The notes: generated by a model not told the origin, from the sequence alone. A DNA stretch of 64,000 nt from Spizellomyces punctatus DAOM BR117 (GCA_000182565.2 KQ257453.1), one strand, 5' to 3'; shown: positions 38,165 through 49,413, numbered from the stretch's first letter. Program-made: numbers and translations.

Positions 38165-39457
38165 TCAGACGGCCCTATGGACCAAATTTTGTACAATCTG
38201 TTTAATGATTCTAACGGATCGAATGACATCGTCCTTCTTTACAAACTCCTTTTCTGAATGCGCCACTAGAATTGATCCCGGTCCAAACAAGAGGGGTTTT
38301 TGTGTTCCTTTCAGGTATGGAATATCTTTCGATTCGAATGAGTAAATTGCTAAAGGTCGACGGAGGACACAAAGTTCTCACCAGTAAAATATCTCGCAAC
38401 AAACTTTTCCACACCATCCACGTCTACAGTTTCACATCTAACAGGGTTTTGCATCCCTCTGATAGTGAGAGTGACATGCACACCATCTGTACGAGGTTGC
38501 TCAACGATGGTCCGTAGTTGGGCAGCAACCTGTTCTGCATTCGTCGAGACACGGAAAGATATATCCGCTCGTGCATCTTCGGGGATGACATTGGCTGCAA
38601 CTCCTCCGGATATCTGGCCGAGATTCAGAGTAGTGGCGCCCAAAACGGGATCACTTGGCCATTCCTTTTCAGTGTGTGACCGTCAGCAACTTTGGATAAT
38701 GACAGTAGACTGTATTTCTATGATCAGCTTACCGTATGCTGCAAATCGTGCAATATATCCACTAAAGCAGCGATAGCTGATTTACCCCGTTCTGGATATC
38801 CACTGTGTCCCGCTTGACCTTTCACGACAATGTCCGCTTTGATCATCCCCTTGTGACCTTCTGCTATCATCATTTCAGTGGGTTCCCCGACAAGAAGATA
38901 TTGAGCATTGATATTAAGGGAATTGGCAGCTATCATTCCAATGTGATTCGTCTCTTCGCCTACGACATAGAGAAGCCTGAGTGATATGGTTTAGTCCATA
39001 AGTTCGGGCTACAAATTGGTATACGAATTGACACATACCCAACATCCTCTTCAGCTATCTTTCCCTCCTCAATCAAATCTTCGACTGCACAAATCTGTGC
39101 GGCGACACTTGCTTTTGCATCACAGCTTCCGCGCCCGTATAGGTTTTCGTCATCCTCACTCAACTCAATGTGCGGAGGGACAGTATCGACATGCGAGTTC
39201 AATAGTACTTTAACATTTGTCCGGATATTGTCAGTTTCGGGCTTGGAGCGATATGCATAAATATTATGTCTGACAGGTGAAGAGTCGGGGATCGGCTGCA
39301 GATGCACATGCCAGCCCTGCTGCGTCAGGTACGTCTTGAGAAAGTCTACCACAGACTGCTCTTGGAGAGTGGTAGACCGTATCGATATAAGAGATCGCAG
39401 GAGGGTGAGGACTTTGCTTTGAGATGGCATGGAAGTCTCTGTTGACTGAGCGCCCAT
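38165..39457 (-). CDS. M20 family metallopeptidase / acetylornithine deacetylase (ArgE-like)
   Basis: LLNSHVDTVPP, LYGRGSCDAKA, VGEE, GEPT, GQAGHS, TTLNLGQISGGVAANVIP, LFGPGSILVAHS; stop at 38167-38165. Confidence 0.92.
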
Positions 39458-39789
39458 TTTCGACCATCAACTTCAACTCAACAAGATGGCGGGGAAGATC
39501 TTCGAGGAGCATCGCCGACAATACTCTCACGTGACCGACTCTCCCATTTAGCCATTTTAGGGCGGGATGCTGCCTAGGATGTGATGTTTATCTTGATATC
39601 TACACTAGACGTTATTGCTGTTCCATGCCCACGGCTTTAACACAAAGCGACAACCGACAATATGCATTCATGATACAGGTAACCTAGACCTATTCTAACA
39701 ATGGATCGTAACTAGAGTGTACGGTGACACTCTGGGCCTTAATGAGCATTCAACATCAACAGTAAACTTTGAGCATCGGTTCTCGCACC

Positions 39790-40600
39790 ACCTATCTCCT
39801 GCATGACCACACAAACCGCCGCCTGATGACCACAATAAAACTCAATCTGACCAAGAGTATTTCAATACGATGATGTACAATACGAGGGTTGCTTGATATG
39901 CTTGCTCGTATTGTTTGGATACATCTTGTCACAATCGTTACCCGATGAATGACTGCAATAAACTGTTTAGCGACGGGACAGTAAACGTATTTGTTCAATT
40001 CCCTTGTAGAACCCTGGAGTGTTTACAAACGTTCATCTGTTTGTGTTTTGTACATCTTGATTGGGATGCCATCTATTGTCCGTATGGAAATGTCACCCAT
40101 AGCCGAGAATCTACCCAACAATACTAAACTTTATTTGTCAGGCAAATACGGTAAATGAACTTGGGAGTCAAGACCTTTTCGATCGGGAAATACAATCAAA
40201 GTATGTAGCTTCCGGGACTTTTAGTCCTTTGATGCAAGCCGACTGGATTAGAATACTTGGTAGTCCGGCTTGAGCCCACTCAATCACTTTACGATGATTG
40301 TACAGAGACAAAACATCCAAATTCCAGATCTCTGATTGATCTTTGTTACAGTAAAGACATATTCTAAATGCCAATGGACCTTGCGGAGACTTGATCTCTG
40401 ATGACAAGGACAAGTAATCAAATTGCCCACTGTCAATGTTGGAAGACATTTGAACCGGCCTATCTTGTCAACAAAAAAGCTGACAGATGCTGCAACATTT
40501 TGCATCCTGCGGGATTTGAACTCTCCAACAAGCTACCACTCCACCACCGTTCACCAATGGGGCAGCCCAAGATGCAGATTGCAATGCATTGATTCAATCA
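39790..40600 (-). pseudogene. Decayed coding remnant with CxxC pairs
   Basis: One frame reads ...KCCSICQLFC*QDRPVQMSSN...RICLYCNK...SKRS* with in-frame stops. Family not recognised. Confidence 0.25.
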
Positions 40601-41109
40601 AATGCGCACAGTGACGTATCAGTCACGATAGCAGTGTGATTGGAATTTGATTGCAGTGTGCCAAAAAAAGGTGCCCTTTGGTTAACTGTGGTTGAATGGT
40701 AACTGCTTACTAAGATGAATTAGTTACGGCACAATACTTTTGCCGATATCTGGACATTTCACGTAATCAAAAAGCGCGTCCGAAAGCTACGCGTTTGACT
40801 GCGCAGTGGCCAGCCAGCTCTACGACGTTTTCGCACTGGTTTTGACTTGAGTTTTCACACATTGACAATAATAAATTGACACAGATCCTCTGGGATATGC
40901 ATGGCGTACATTCGCACTTATGTTAGTGTTCAAAAAAAATCATGCACATATCATGAATGTTTTGCTGGCAGCTGTCCCATCTACAGCGCAGCATCCCATA
41001 CGAACGGTCATGTCTCCAAACGTATCTTGCAACGAGCCCAATGCGAACCTTTCGTTTGAGAGGAACAAAATACCTCATCATGACCAGACTCATCACCAGA
41101 CGACCGTCG

Positions 41110-41414
41110 TTGAGCCAATCAGCGTTCGTTCATGCGAGTCCTCGTTCGTCACAAGAACGACGACGGTGATGGTGTGATATCGTTCTTGAGCCAATCAGAG
41201 TGCAGAACGATTGCGTATTGTCGCAGAAAGACATTGTTGGGCCAATCAGAGTGCAGAATGATTGCGTATTCTCGTCGTTGAGCCAATCAGAATGCACAAC
41301 GATTGCGAATCGTCACCCGCCGTCGTCGTTGAGCCAATCAGAATACGTCCATGCGAACGGCTGTCGTCATTCAAGAAGGTTCGTTCAAGTGATATCCTTC
41401 TTTGAGCCAATCAG
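41110..41414 (+). promoter_or_regulatory. Array of six CCAAT (NF-Y/Hap) boxes, TTGRGCCAATCAG
   Basis: Copies at 41110, 41186, 41237, 41278, 41329 and 41402, all in one orientation and matching the RRCCAATCAG consensus. Confidence 0.75.
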
Positions 41415-42771
41415 AATGCAAAAACGTAAGCGCTTCCATCATAAAAGAATCCAAAGGAGAAGGAAAAGAACGCGTTCGTAGTGTGAAATTGGGCAATATT
41501 ACCTTCTCCGTGTTCTTTTAATTGGCCCCCCTCGGGCCATCTGCTGCGCGTAACGCGTTTCCGCTGGGGGAATGGGGAATTATGGGGGGGATTCCCCCCA
41601 AGCATAAAAGGACGACCCATTCCCGCATCCCCCGGCTCTTTTTCCTTTGTATCCCTCTTCGTGCCCCTACCGACTTTCACTCCTCAGACACGTCTGTTGG
41701 GTGGTATTGGATGTTTTGTCTCGTACAATCATCTTAAATGCATGTGACTTTCCTGGGTGATTTAGCGATCCACGGCGTCGTGCCAGCAACGTTGTGGTGA
41801 GCGGTCATTTGGGGGGTTGGGTCGAGCGACACCCTGAGTCGACAACAGTGAGCTTGGTTCCGTATGCTCCTGTGCAACCCGGCTAGGTCCCGGAGCTGAG
41901 GGCCCCGCTTCGTGCCGCGTTCTCTAATAAGACCACCTACGAGGAACCTTGTGGGTAACAACGGGCAGGTGCTCGGTCAAAGTCTTCCGACCGCAAGCGA
42001 GGTTGACGCAACCCTTGGGGTGTTGCTCTTGGGGCATTCAAGGGAAAGAGCAACACGGCCTACACGACAACGACGACATCGCGAAAATGGCAACGGGGCG
42101 GTACGCGGACCCCCATCGTTTCGGAACGCTAGGTTCGGCTTCTGTCGGGCTCATCCGGAGCGAGCGAAGGCGAGGGTCGCACGGGTCCCCTGTTCCTTGA
42201 GTTCAGGATGGCCGCGTGCTCCCGATCAACGCATTGTGCTGCGTCGAGGAGCGGCACAGCGATGCCCGCGTCCTGTCACGCCCGTTCTGGTGAGGATCTT
42301 GGTTTTCTATTCGACCTTGTCTTGTATCTCTTCTGATCACTTTTTTTTTCATAGGGCCGACTTATCTGACCAGTCCTGGTAAGCATCTTGCTTTCTCTTT
42401 TCTTTTTTTACTTCATTCATACTAATCATTCTTTTGCTTTTATAGTCGGAGCGACACCAATGGGCCGCCCCATCCAGGCGCTAAACTGGTAGCTGTGTAT
42501 TCGGACCAAGGCCGAGGATTCCGCGGTCTCCGTTTCTCTCCGGTGTACGTCGGTGGCGATGAGTGAGCGTGCTTAACCTGGCTCCTGAGCATCAAAGCCG
42601 GTCGTGGTGTAATCCGGGCAGCGGGTTGAACCGGTTCTCGGTCAACTTGGTTGATACTGGGGGCTATACGGTCAGGTGGGCTAGCTGCAAAGTGAGCAGC
42701 TAGCCAAATCCTTCCCGGGTGGGCACTTGCGCTTGAGCCTGATCAACTCAGGCGCAAGCGGCTCACCGAAT

Positions 42772-43080
42772 ATTGGTTGGTGCGAGGGCTTGTGTTGGTT
42801 GTTGGCTTGTTGGTTCTGAGGGCGTCACTGTACATACTTGGTTGGTGCGAGGGCTTGTGTTGGTTGTTGGCTTTTGAGCTGCGAACTTGGTGATCCCAAG
42901 GTCCTGGCTAGCGAGGTTCAATTCCTTGCTTTCTTGTAAATACTTGTTGGTCGTTGGCTTGTGTTGGTTGTTGGCTTGTGTTGGTTGTTGGCTTGTGTTG
43001 GTTCTGAGGGCTTCACTGTACATATTTGGTTGGTCGTTGGCTTGTGTTGGTGCGAGGGCTTGTGTTGGGTGCTGGCTTGT
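42772..43080. repeat. GT-rich minisatellite, about 18-bp unit GGCTTGTGTTGGT(TGTT/GCGAG), inside a ~205-bp duplication
   Basis: Directly visible. The module GAGCTGCGAACTTGG...GAGGTTCAAYTCCTT occurs at 42876 and 43081. Confidence 0.9.
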
Positions 43081-43189
43081 GAGCTGCGAACTTGGCGATC
43101 CCAAGGTCCTGGCTAGTGAGGTTCAACTCCTTACACCCGGCGTTGTGGGGTCCGATCCCCCATTTCGCCACTGCTACATACAAAAACAC

Positions 43190-43243
43190 AGAGGAGTGCC
43201 AAATTGGTTGGCTTTAGGGGTTCGACTCCCCGCTTCCTTTTTT
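43190..43243 (+). other. tRNA-like element lacking an anticodon arm
   Basis: AGAGGAG / T / GCC-AAATTGGTT-GGC (D arm with GG) / TTTA / GGGG-TTCGACT-CCCC (T arm) / GC / TTCCTTT, running into T6. Confidence 0.6.
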
Positions 43244-44716
43244 ATAATCTGCTCGAGACTCTTACGACGACGACGACGACGAAATGCAAAACTCGAACTC
43301 TTACGGCGAGCAAGTCTCGAATCAGTCGATCTGGCGATGCCGGAAAAGTCTTCGCAACAGCGATTTTGGTCAGCGGCAAGAGATTGAAAACGGCGACGAT
43401 CAAGAAGAGCAGATGGTCCATCTACTTTGCTTCAGTGCCAGTTTCGAGTATTTCACGACAGCTGAAAGGAACGTGAGGTTCAAGCATTTCGCTCAAGCAT
43501 TTCGAAACGACGTAGAATTCTCGGCTACGACCATCTTGGAGAACAATGGAGAGTACTAAAAACGCAGTTGAAGCAGTTGGCTCGTACACGTTTCAAACTG
43601 GCATTGTGGAAAGGCAAACTGTCTACGACAACTCTAAAAGGACGAGGTGTTCAAGCATTTCGAAAGTGAAATAACGCGCATTTGCTACGACAACTTTCAA
43701 GGTCCGACGTGGAAAGTCCTTCATATCGCTCAAGTGTTTTCGTCAGTTGCATATCCGTCAGTGGCATATCCAACGGCAATTGTGAAGACGGGAAGGTTGG
43801 AGCAAGTAGATAGTGGCATATCTGGGTCAAACGGAACACTCTTTGCATTTCAAATGATTGATATGCAAGGACGGTTCACCAAAGCATGTCGAAGTACAAG
43901 CATTTCGAACCGACATTGCAAACAATTGCTACGACATCAAAGGACGGTCCAAGTATTTTCATATCGGCCAGGCGCTTCAACGGTTGCAAAATACCGCTAG
44001 TCTACAAATAATTATCAAGGACGTACGATCGGAAGCAAAATCACAACATCAGCTCACCTTCAGTACCGATAACCGAGCCATTTTTTGTTCCGCAACGAAA
44101 TCATGTACAAAAAGAGGGAGTAAGGTCTACCTAGTACTTTCCGATAGCATCGCTGAGACGGACGTTCAAGCATGTTAAAGTGGTAACCGGTATTTTGTTG
44201 ACAAGAACTCTCGACGTCGGAGATTTTCATGCGTTTCGAAAGGTGACATGTGCGGACGGATAGTGTTCATGCTGGCATTCTTATGTCGGCTCGATAACCC
44301 GGCTATGATCGTGCTAGGCTGGTTCAAAAGGTTGCATTTTTGTAACTTTATATAGCGACGAACCCTACATGGCGCTGAGGATAAAAGCGTTGATCGTCAG
44401 TTGTCGAGGGTTTTGTGGGAAAAGAGGTGGTAAATGGTATCTTGAAAGTCTACGACTTTGCTTGTCATTGGAAGCAATTGGCGAGTAATAAAAATATAAT
44501 TTGGCAAAGGTGGGCGGACAGTCAATAGATGGTAACAGATTATCATAATACAAATATACAAACAGATCGACCCCGACAAAGTCATAACAACTACCATATT
44601 TTTTTTTCATCATTCCGCTACAAGTTTGCTCAGAATGAGTCCAACTAGGACATACAAAAAACTGCCATAAGGGGAATCTACACATATACAATACAAAAAA
44701 AAAAAATCCAAAATGT

Positions 44717-45480
44717 TCATAGACCGATAACGATCATCAGAGTCGTGAGTCCAGCGACAGCCAATCCTGTCATCAAAGACGTTCCAACACGGTCAACCGA
44801 GGACTTTGAGCCAGGTGCAGGTGTCTGCGTCGAGCCCGGGGTCGTCGTTGCGGAGGTAGATGGTGGTTGGGGTGTACCGGTAGGTACCGACGCTGGAGGA
44901 TTCAGACTAATAGGATCATTCAAGCCTCGTTCGACGACTTTAAATTCCCGAAGGGAGACGGTCCAGTAGTTCCATTGTCCATCCGGTAATTTGACATCTC
45001 CTCTCGCAGCGAATTTCCAGGTCGCATTAGGCTTCAAGAGTGCGTCCACTTGTTCTTTGGTCGTACCGGGTGCGGCTCCTACTGTCCAGTTTGCGCCAAA
45101 GCGGGTTGCACTGCCAATGTCTGGGATGTGTTCCGCGAGGCCAATGTCGGTGTAGAGGGTTTGGAGGGCAGAAGTGGCTTGATTGGGTGTAGGAGGAGGG
45201 CCGTAGGTTAGGTAGAATTTGTGTGTCGGAACTGGGTCCATGATGCCAAAATCGATAGCGATGAGATAGTTGGTGCCAATGGTATACTGGTCTTCAGCGA
45301 GGAAGACTGGATCGGCTTTGGCTGAAAAATAATGTGCCCCAGTGTCAAAGAGCAGCTTCAAAAACCGTCCAAGGACACGCACCCATTGAGACGAAACATA
45401 CCCAGCGGTGTAGCTAGCAACGCCATCGCTACCAGGATTGAGTAATGCATGGTATCGGAAATGTGTTGCGAAAGAGTAGG
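44717..45480 (-). CDS. Secreted/GPI-anchored surface protein (5' end not resolved)
   Basis: Globular region, then a Pro/Thr/Ser stalk and a hydrophobic C-terminus (SSVDRVGTSLMTGLAVAGLTTLMIVIGL); intron starting at about 45382. Confidence 0.65.
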
Positions 45481-46614
45481 GTACTGGTGAATGCAGCAGT
45501 CACAACAAAAAACAGGTCAATGAGGCAGGCCCGTCCTCAAGCTCAAAAACGGTTTGCTTTTTGTAGAAGGAATTTCCTTTTCACTTGGCCTTGTAACCAG
45601 TTCTGATTTGAATACGAAAATTGCGCCTCGCCCCCCAAAATCTCACAATATCGCAAAATCCCATTTTTGCAATCTTGATCGGCTTTATGGATTAGACCCA
45701 AAAAGAAAACGCTTATCACTTTTTTTTCTTTCTTCCATTGTTGCGCGGGGGCGGGGGGAACCCCCGAGTCAATCTCAACCCACCCCAACAACTGAATTCC
45801 CTGATCATCCATCGAACTTTTGCTCAACAGCCCTTTTGGCACACCTTTCACACTTGCACACTCTGCAATGTGACTATGCCGCCCCATTTTGTCCATTTTA
45901 GGCAGTATATAACGCGCAGTTTATCACACTGTTGAAAGCGCAGACGGTTGGACGGGGGTTGCTGTGGGCTGTGTGCGATGCTTTGTGACGTTTTCCTTGA
46001 TCAGCTCTTGTTCGAGGTCAGCCGCACGATTGGCTTTTGATCGCTGCTGTTGTTTCTTTCTGGTAATGCGAACGGGGGTGGGTATTCGAGCAATTGCCCA
46101 CACTCTGTGGCCCCGCTGTAGGTGTCTCTTGTCTCCCAACTTTTTGGGATCGGTCATGAATCAGACGTAATATCAATATGGTTTGGCGGAATCAAACATT
46201 GCAAAATACCGTCGGGTCATTTCAAAACCTATCAAAGCAAACAAGTCGTTTTTTTTTTCAGACCCATTGTCACTGATAGTCACAAGAGTTGAACACAACC
46301 ATGGACGCCAAGTGATGCATTACCATAACATGTTTACAAAAACATTTTTATGAAAACAAGGTCTGCAAGAGTCTACCTTTGTCATCTATTCCGCAGATTC
46401 TTATATTTGATACTCGGATTACATCTTGTAATGTACCGCATCGAACCCGATACGTATATATAAGTCCATAGATGCCATGTCGAATAAAAAAAACAAAAAA
46501 GTTTTGAAATGAAGAGGAAAAGATCCAAATCCCGAAAAGCTTTCATTATCCCAAAAAGACGTCCAACCAGAGTTATGATATTATACTACAACTACTCGAG
46601 AAGGCAAACATGTT

Positions 46615-47343
46615 TCATTCATGTTTTGTTTGAACGCCTTTTGTTTTCTCCATTTCCCTACACGATGCTTCAATCCGTTTAAACCTGTCATCTATGCCCA
46701 AGGCCTCCACATCTGCCACAACAGCGTCGACGGGTCCATTCGCGAGGATAGCCCGCATCCATCGCTCATCATCGCCAGTGTAGAGCCAATATAAAAGTTC
46801 AGGGAAGATGGAAGGACAGGTGACGCGGATGGAGAGGAGGGGGAAGGATGGCGAGGTGGTTGGTGATGGGTAGGTTTCAATACGAGGTTTACGGGTGGGA
46901 GTTGTTGAGAGGGATTGCCATTTGTATGGGATCGGACTTGGGGCTTTGGTTTTTTGGGTGGTGGGCGAGGAGGAGGAGGAGGAGGAGGAGGAGGAGGAAG
47001 GTTTGGACGCAAACATGGTTGTAAAGGCTTTGGATTGGGAAGTGAGGGCCAAATCGTGGATCCAGTAAAACTGATCCTGAGGGGTTACGGTGTCCCAAGT
47101 GGTCTTGTCGAGCTTGATATCGCACATTACTCGTAGGACGCAGGACGCATGATGAGGATTGTTGAATAGCTTGGGACCCATAGCGTGGATCTTGTCAACG
47201 ATATACGAGATGGGGAGTGTCACGCCAGATTCCTCAATAGAAATGTACGAAAGAGTGTCGTCGGTCAATGAGGTGTCCTTGATTACGGGATCCTCCAATC
47301 GCTCGGCTTCGGATAAAGACTTGTGGTAGATGATGATGGGCAT
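46615..47343 (-). CDS. BTB/POZ-like domain protein with a poly-Ser insert
   Basis: FYWIHDLALTSQSKAFTTMF and IFPELLYWLYTGD match the BTB patterns H..VL...S..F..MF and F..LL.YLYTG. Confidence 0.65.
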   Translation of the reverse strand: MPIIIYHKSLSEAERLEDPVIKDTSLTDDTLSYISIEESGVTLPISYIVDKIHAMGPKLFNNPHHASCVLRVMCDIKLDKTTWDTVTPQDQFYWIHDLALTSQSKAFTTMFASKPSSSSSSSSSSSPTTQKTKAPSPIPYKWQSLSTTPTRKPRIETYPSPTTSPSFPLLSIRVTCPSIFPELLYWLYTGDDERWMRAILANGPVDAVVADVEALGIDDRFKRIEASCREMEKTKGVQTKHE

Positions 47344-49413
47344 TCGCGCAAAAAAGGAATTGGGATATGCGGGCGGGCAAAAGGTGGGTCAATCAGGTTA
47401 CTATTTTCAAAAGCGGGTATGTGGGTCAATTCGTTCGTTCTTCGTTCAAACTAGGTTCGTAAAGTGCGGAAGAAGAAGGAGGGGGGGAAACAAAAAGGTC
47501 CAAGTACATATATCTTGGTTTTTTTTAAAGCGGGAGAATTGGGAGGGCCGACCTTGGCACAACAATTAGGGTAATGCTTTGCAAATGAGAAAAGGCAAAT
47601 TGCTGAGGGCTCAGGTTCTTGTTAAGTGCTATATAAGTGATTTCGTCACGTTGGGCACTTTTTTGTCCCCTATTCATGTACAAAGGAGACAGTCCTCAAA
47701 TCAACTCAACCCATTGCAACAACATACACACACACACACACAAGCAACATACACACAACGGAGTCTCCTATTCAGTTTGAATAAATTCAAGGGCAAAGGT
47801 GTTTTTAAATAAAAGTAATGAAGCATATTAAAATAAAAAAGAAAAACACAATAGCATGGTGCAGAGAATGTATCAACAGAATAACAAGGGGCTCGGCGGA
47901 GGGCGTTTCCAAAGAATGTACCCAAAATCTTGGCTATTCACAGATACGAGTACAAAAAAAAGCAATTACCTAGCACCTAGGCAATTGGGATAATCAAAAG
48001 GTCTCCCATAGGAAATGTATCCGTTACCGCCAACACGAATAGCATAATGGGTATTATACTAGAATTACTAGAATTGTTGGATAGCTAAAAGTAATGGGTT
48101 TTGGAAAATAAAAAAACAAGGGGGGGCCACCTTTGGAGACACATTCACGCCTCTGTCGCCCGTTGCCCTTTTTCATGTCCTTTTGGGTGTTGTATGTGCC
48201 TTTTGAAAGCGTTGCGGGGGTGACAAATAAGAAAGGACGTTTATAGGCCCATTCCGGTCCTCGTTCACAAACTAAAGGGCACCCAGGTATCTTCCAGTTT
48301 GTTCTTCCGTTCAATTGCGGACAAAAGTAGGAATATTCAAACAAAATGAAAGGCGGGCCGGGCCTATCGTATAGTTTTGTTTCTTTCAACCAAAAACGGC
48401 ATTTAGCTATTCACAACAAACGGTAGACGTTGGGGGGTAAGCTACGCGTTTTTCGAATACCTGACCCCCATATTCATTGGGCCTTCTTTGGGGACCCACA
48501 TCGGCCCATGACGGAGGACGCCCAGGGCTTGACCTTGTTCCTTTAAATGAGGAACTCCCATCGCAAAAGAACCCTGCTCGGAAGTGGCTAGTGTTGAAGT
48601 CACCATACCAAAGAACAATAGAAAAAAAAAAGTACCAATAACAAAAACAAGGTTGTGCGCACATCTATGGTTAAAGTGAATGTTACTTTGTTTTTTTTTT
48701 TTTTGTATTGAAAGTATTCCATGGTCATTGTTTTTGTCCGTTCTTGGATTCATCGACTGTATATATTGGTAAATTGGGGATGTTTGTGTGTGGTGCCCAT
48801 TGACTGTGTGTTTTTCCTTTGCCCGATCTTTTTGATGGTCAGCACCCAAATGCCAAAAGGTTTAACAACGGTAAGATTGACCAGCCAAACAAAAAAAAAA
48901 GGTTTCTGGCCATGTCTTACTTGGTTTATTGCCAGCATTTTTTATAGGAATTGGCCCAGCTTTTGTTTTCCTGATATCTGAAAACAATCAACAGCCCAGT
49001 CCAAAAAAGCCATATACAAAAACCGCAGCTCTTCCAGGACCAGTTACGGTGGAATACACACACCCAACTCGTAACTGATCAAACACACTTGTCCACCCAA
49101 TGGCTCATCTGGAGTATGGTAATAGTAAATGGCTAAAAGAATAGGAAACCGACCAATGTAATCTAAATATAGGATACCACTCCAAGAGCCTCGCTGCCAT
49201 ATATAGAACATGACCAACATATCTGGATGTTAAATGGGGGCGCTGATTGTAAGGTTTTTGTGTGAGATATGACGAGCAACACACAAACCACAGGATACCG
49301 GTTTTTTTATTGTTGAATTGCTGACCACGCCGTTCAGGATTTTCGTAGTGTTTCCCTCCTCCCCCCTCGTGGTTGTATTTTCTTTTTGTTTTTTGTGGAG
49401 TATACGTTAATCG

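Larger units (their letters stand above)
41635..43243 (+). ncRNA. Candidate spliced, structured long non-coding transcript (or non-autonomous retroelement RNA) with 3' tRNA-like modules
   Basis: CATAAAAG at 41603. Strong introns at 42290-42354 and 42379-42445 around a 24-nt exon; a weaker intron at about 41704-41765. No long spliced ORF. Several hairpins with G-U pairs, four T-loop stems, and a terminal T6. Both ends are approximate. Confidence 0.45.

Noticed and set aside
42087-42600. Selenoprotein hypothesis (in-frame TGA at 42198 plus downstream ATGA-N12-AA)
   Set aside because: No matching 3' GA quartet or full SECIS helix, and the peptide resembles no selenoprotein family I know.
41635-42770. 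Telomerase RNA or RNase MRP/P identity for the structured transcript
   Set aside because: No CTAACCCTAA-type template. The AAAGTCTTCC/GGGGGCT P4-like pairing lacks the rest of the conserved regions.
42700-42777. HDV-like ribozyme (CCGAAT followed by ATTGG after a long hairpin)
   Set aside because: P1, P3 and P1.1 cannot be formed in the required nested order.
42763-43387. ORFs on both strands across the GT-rich repeats
   Set aside because: Non-ATG starts and low-complexity translations are expected by-products of an 18-bp repeat.
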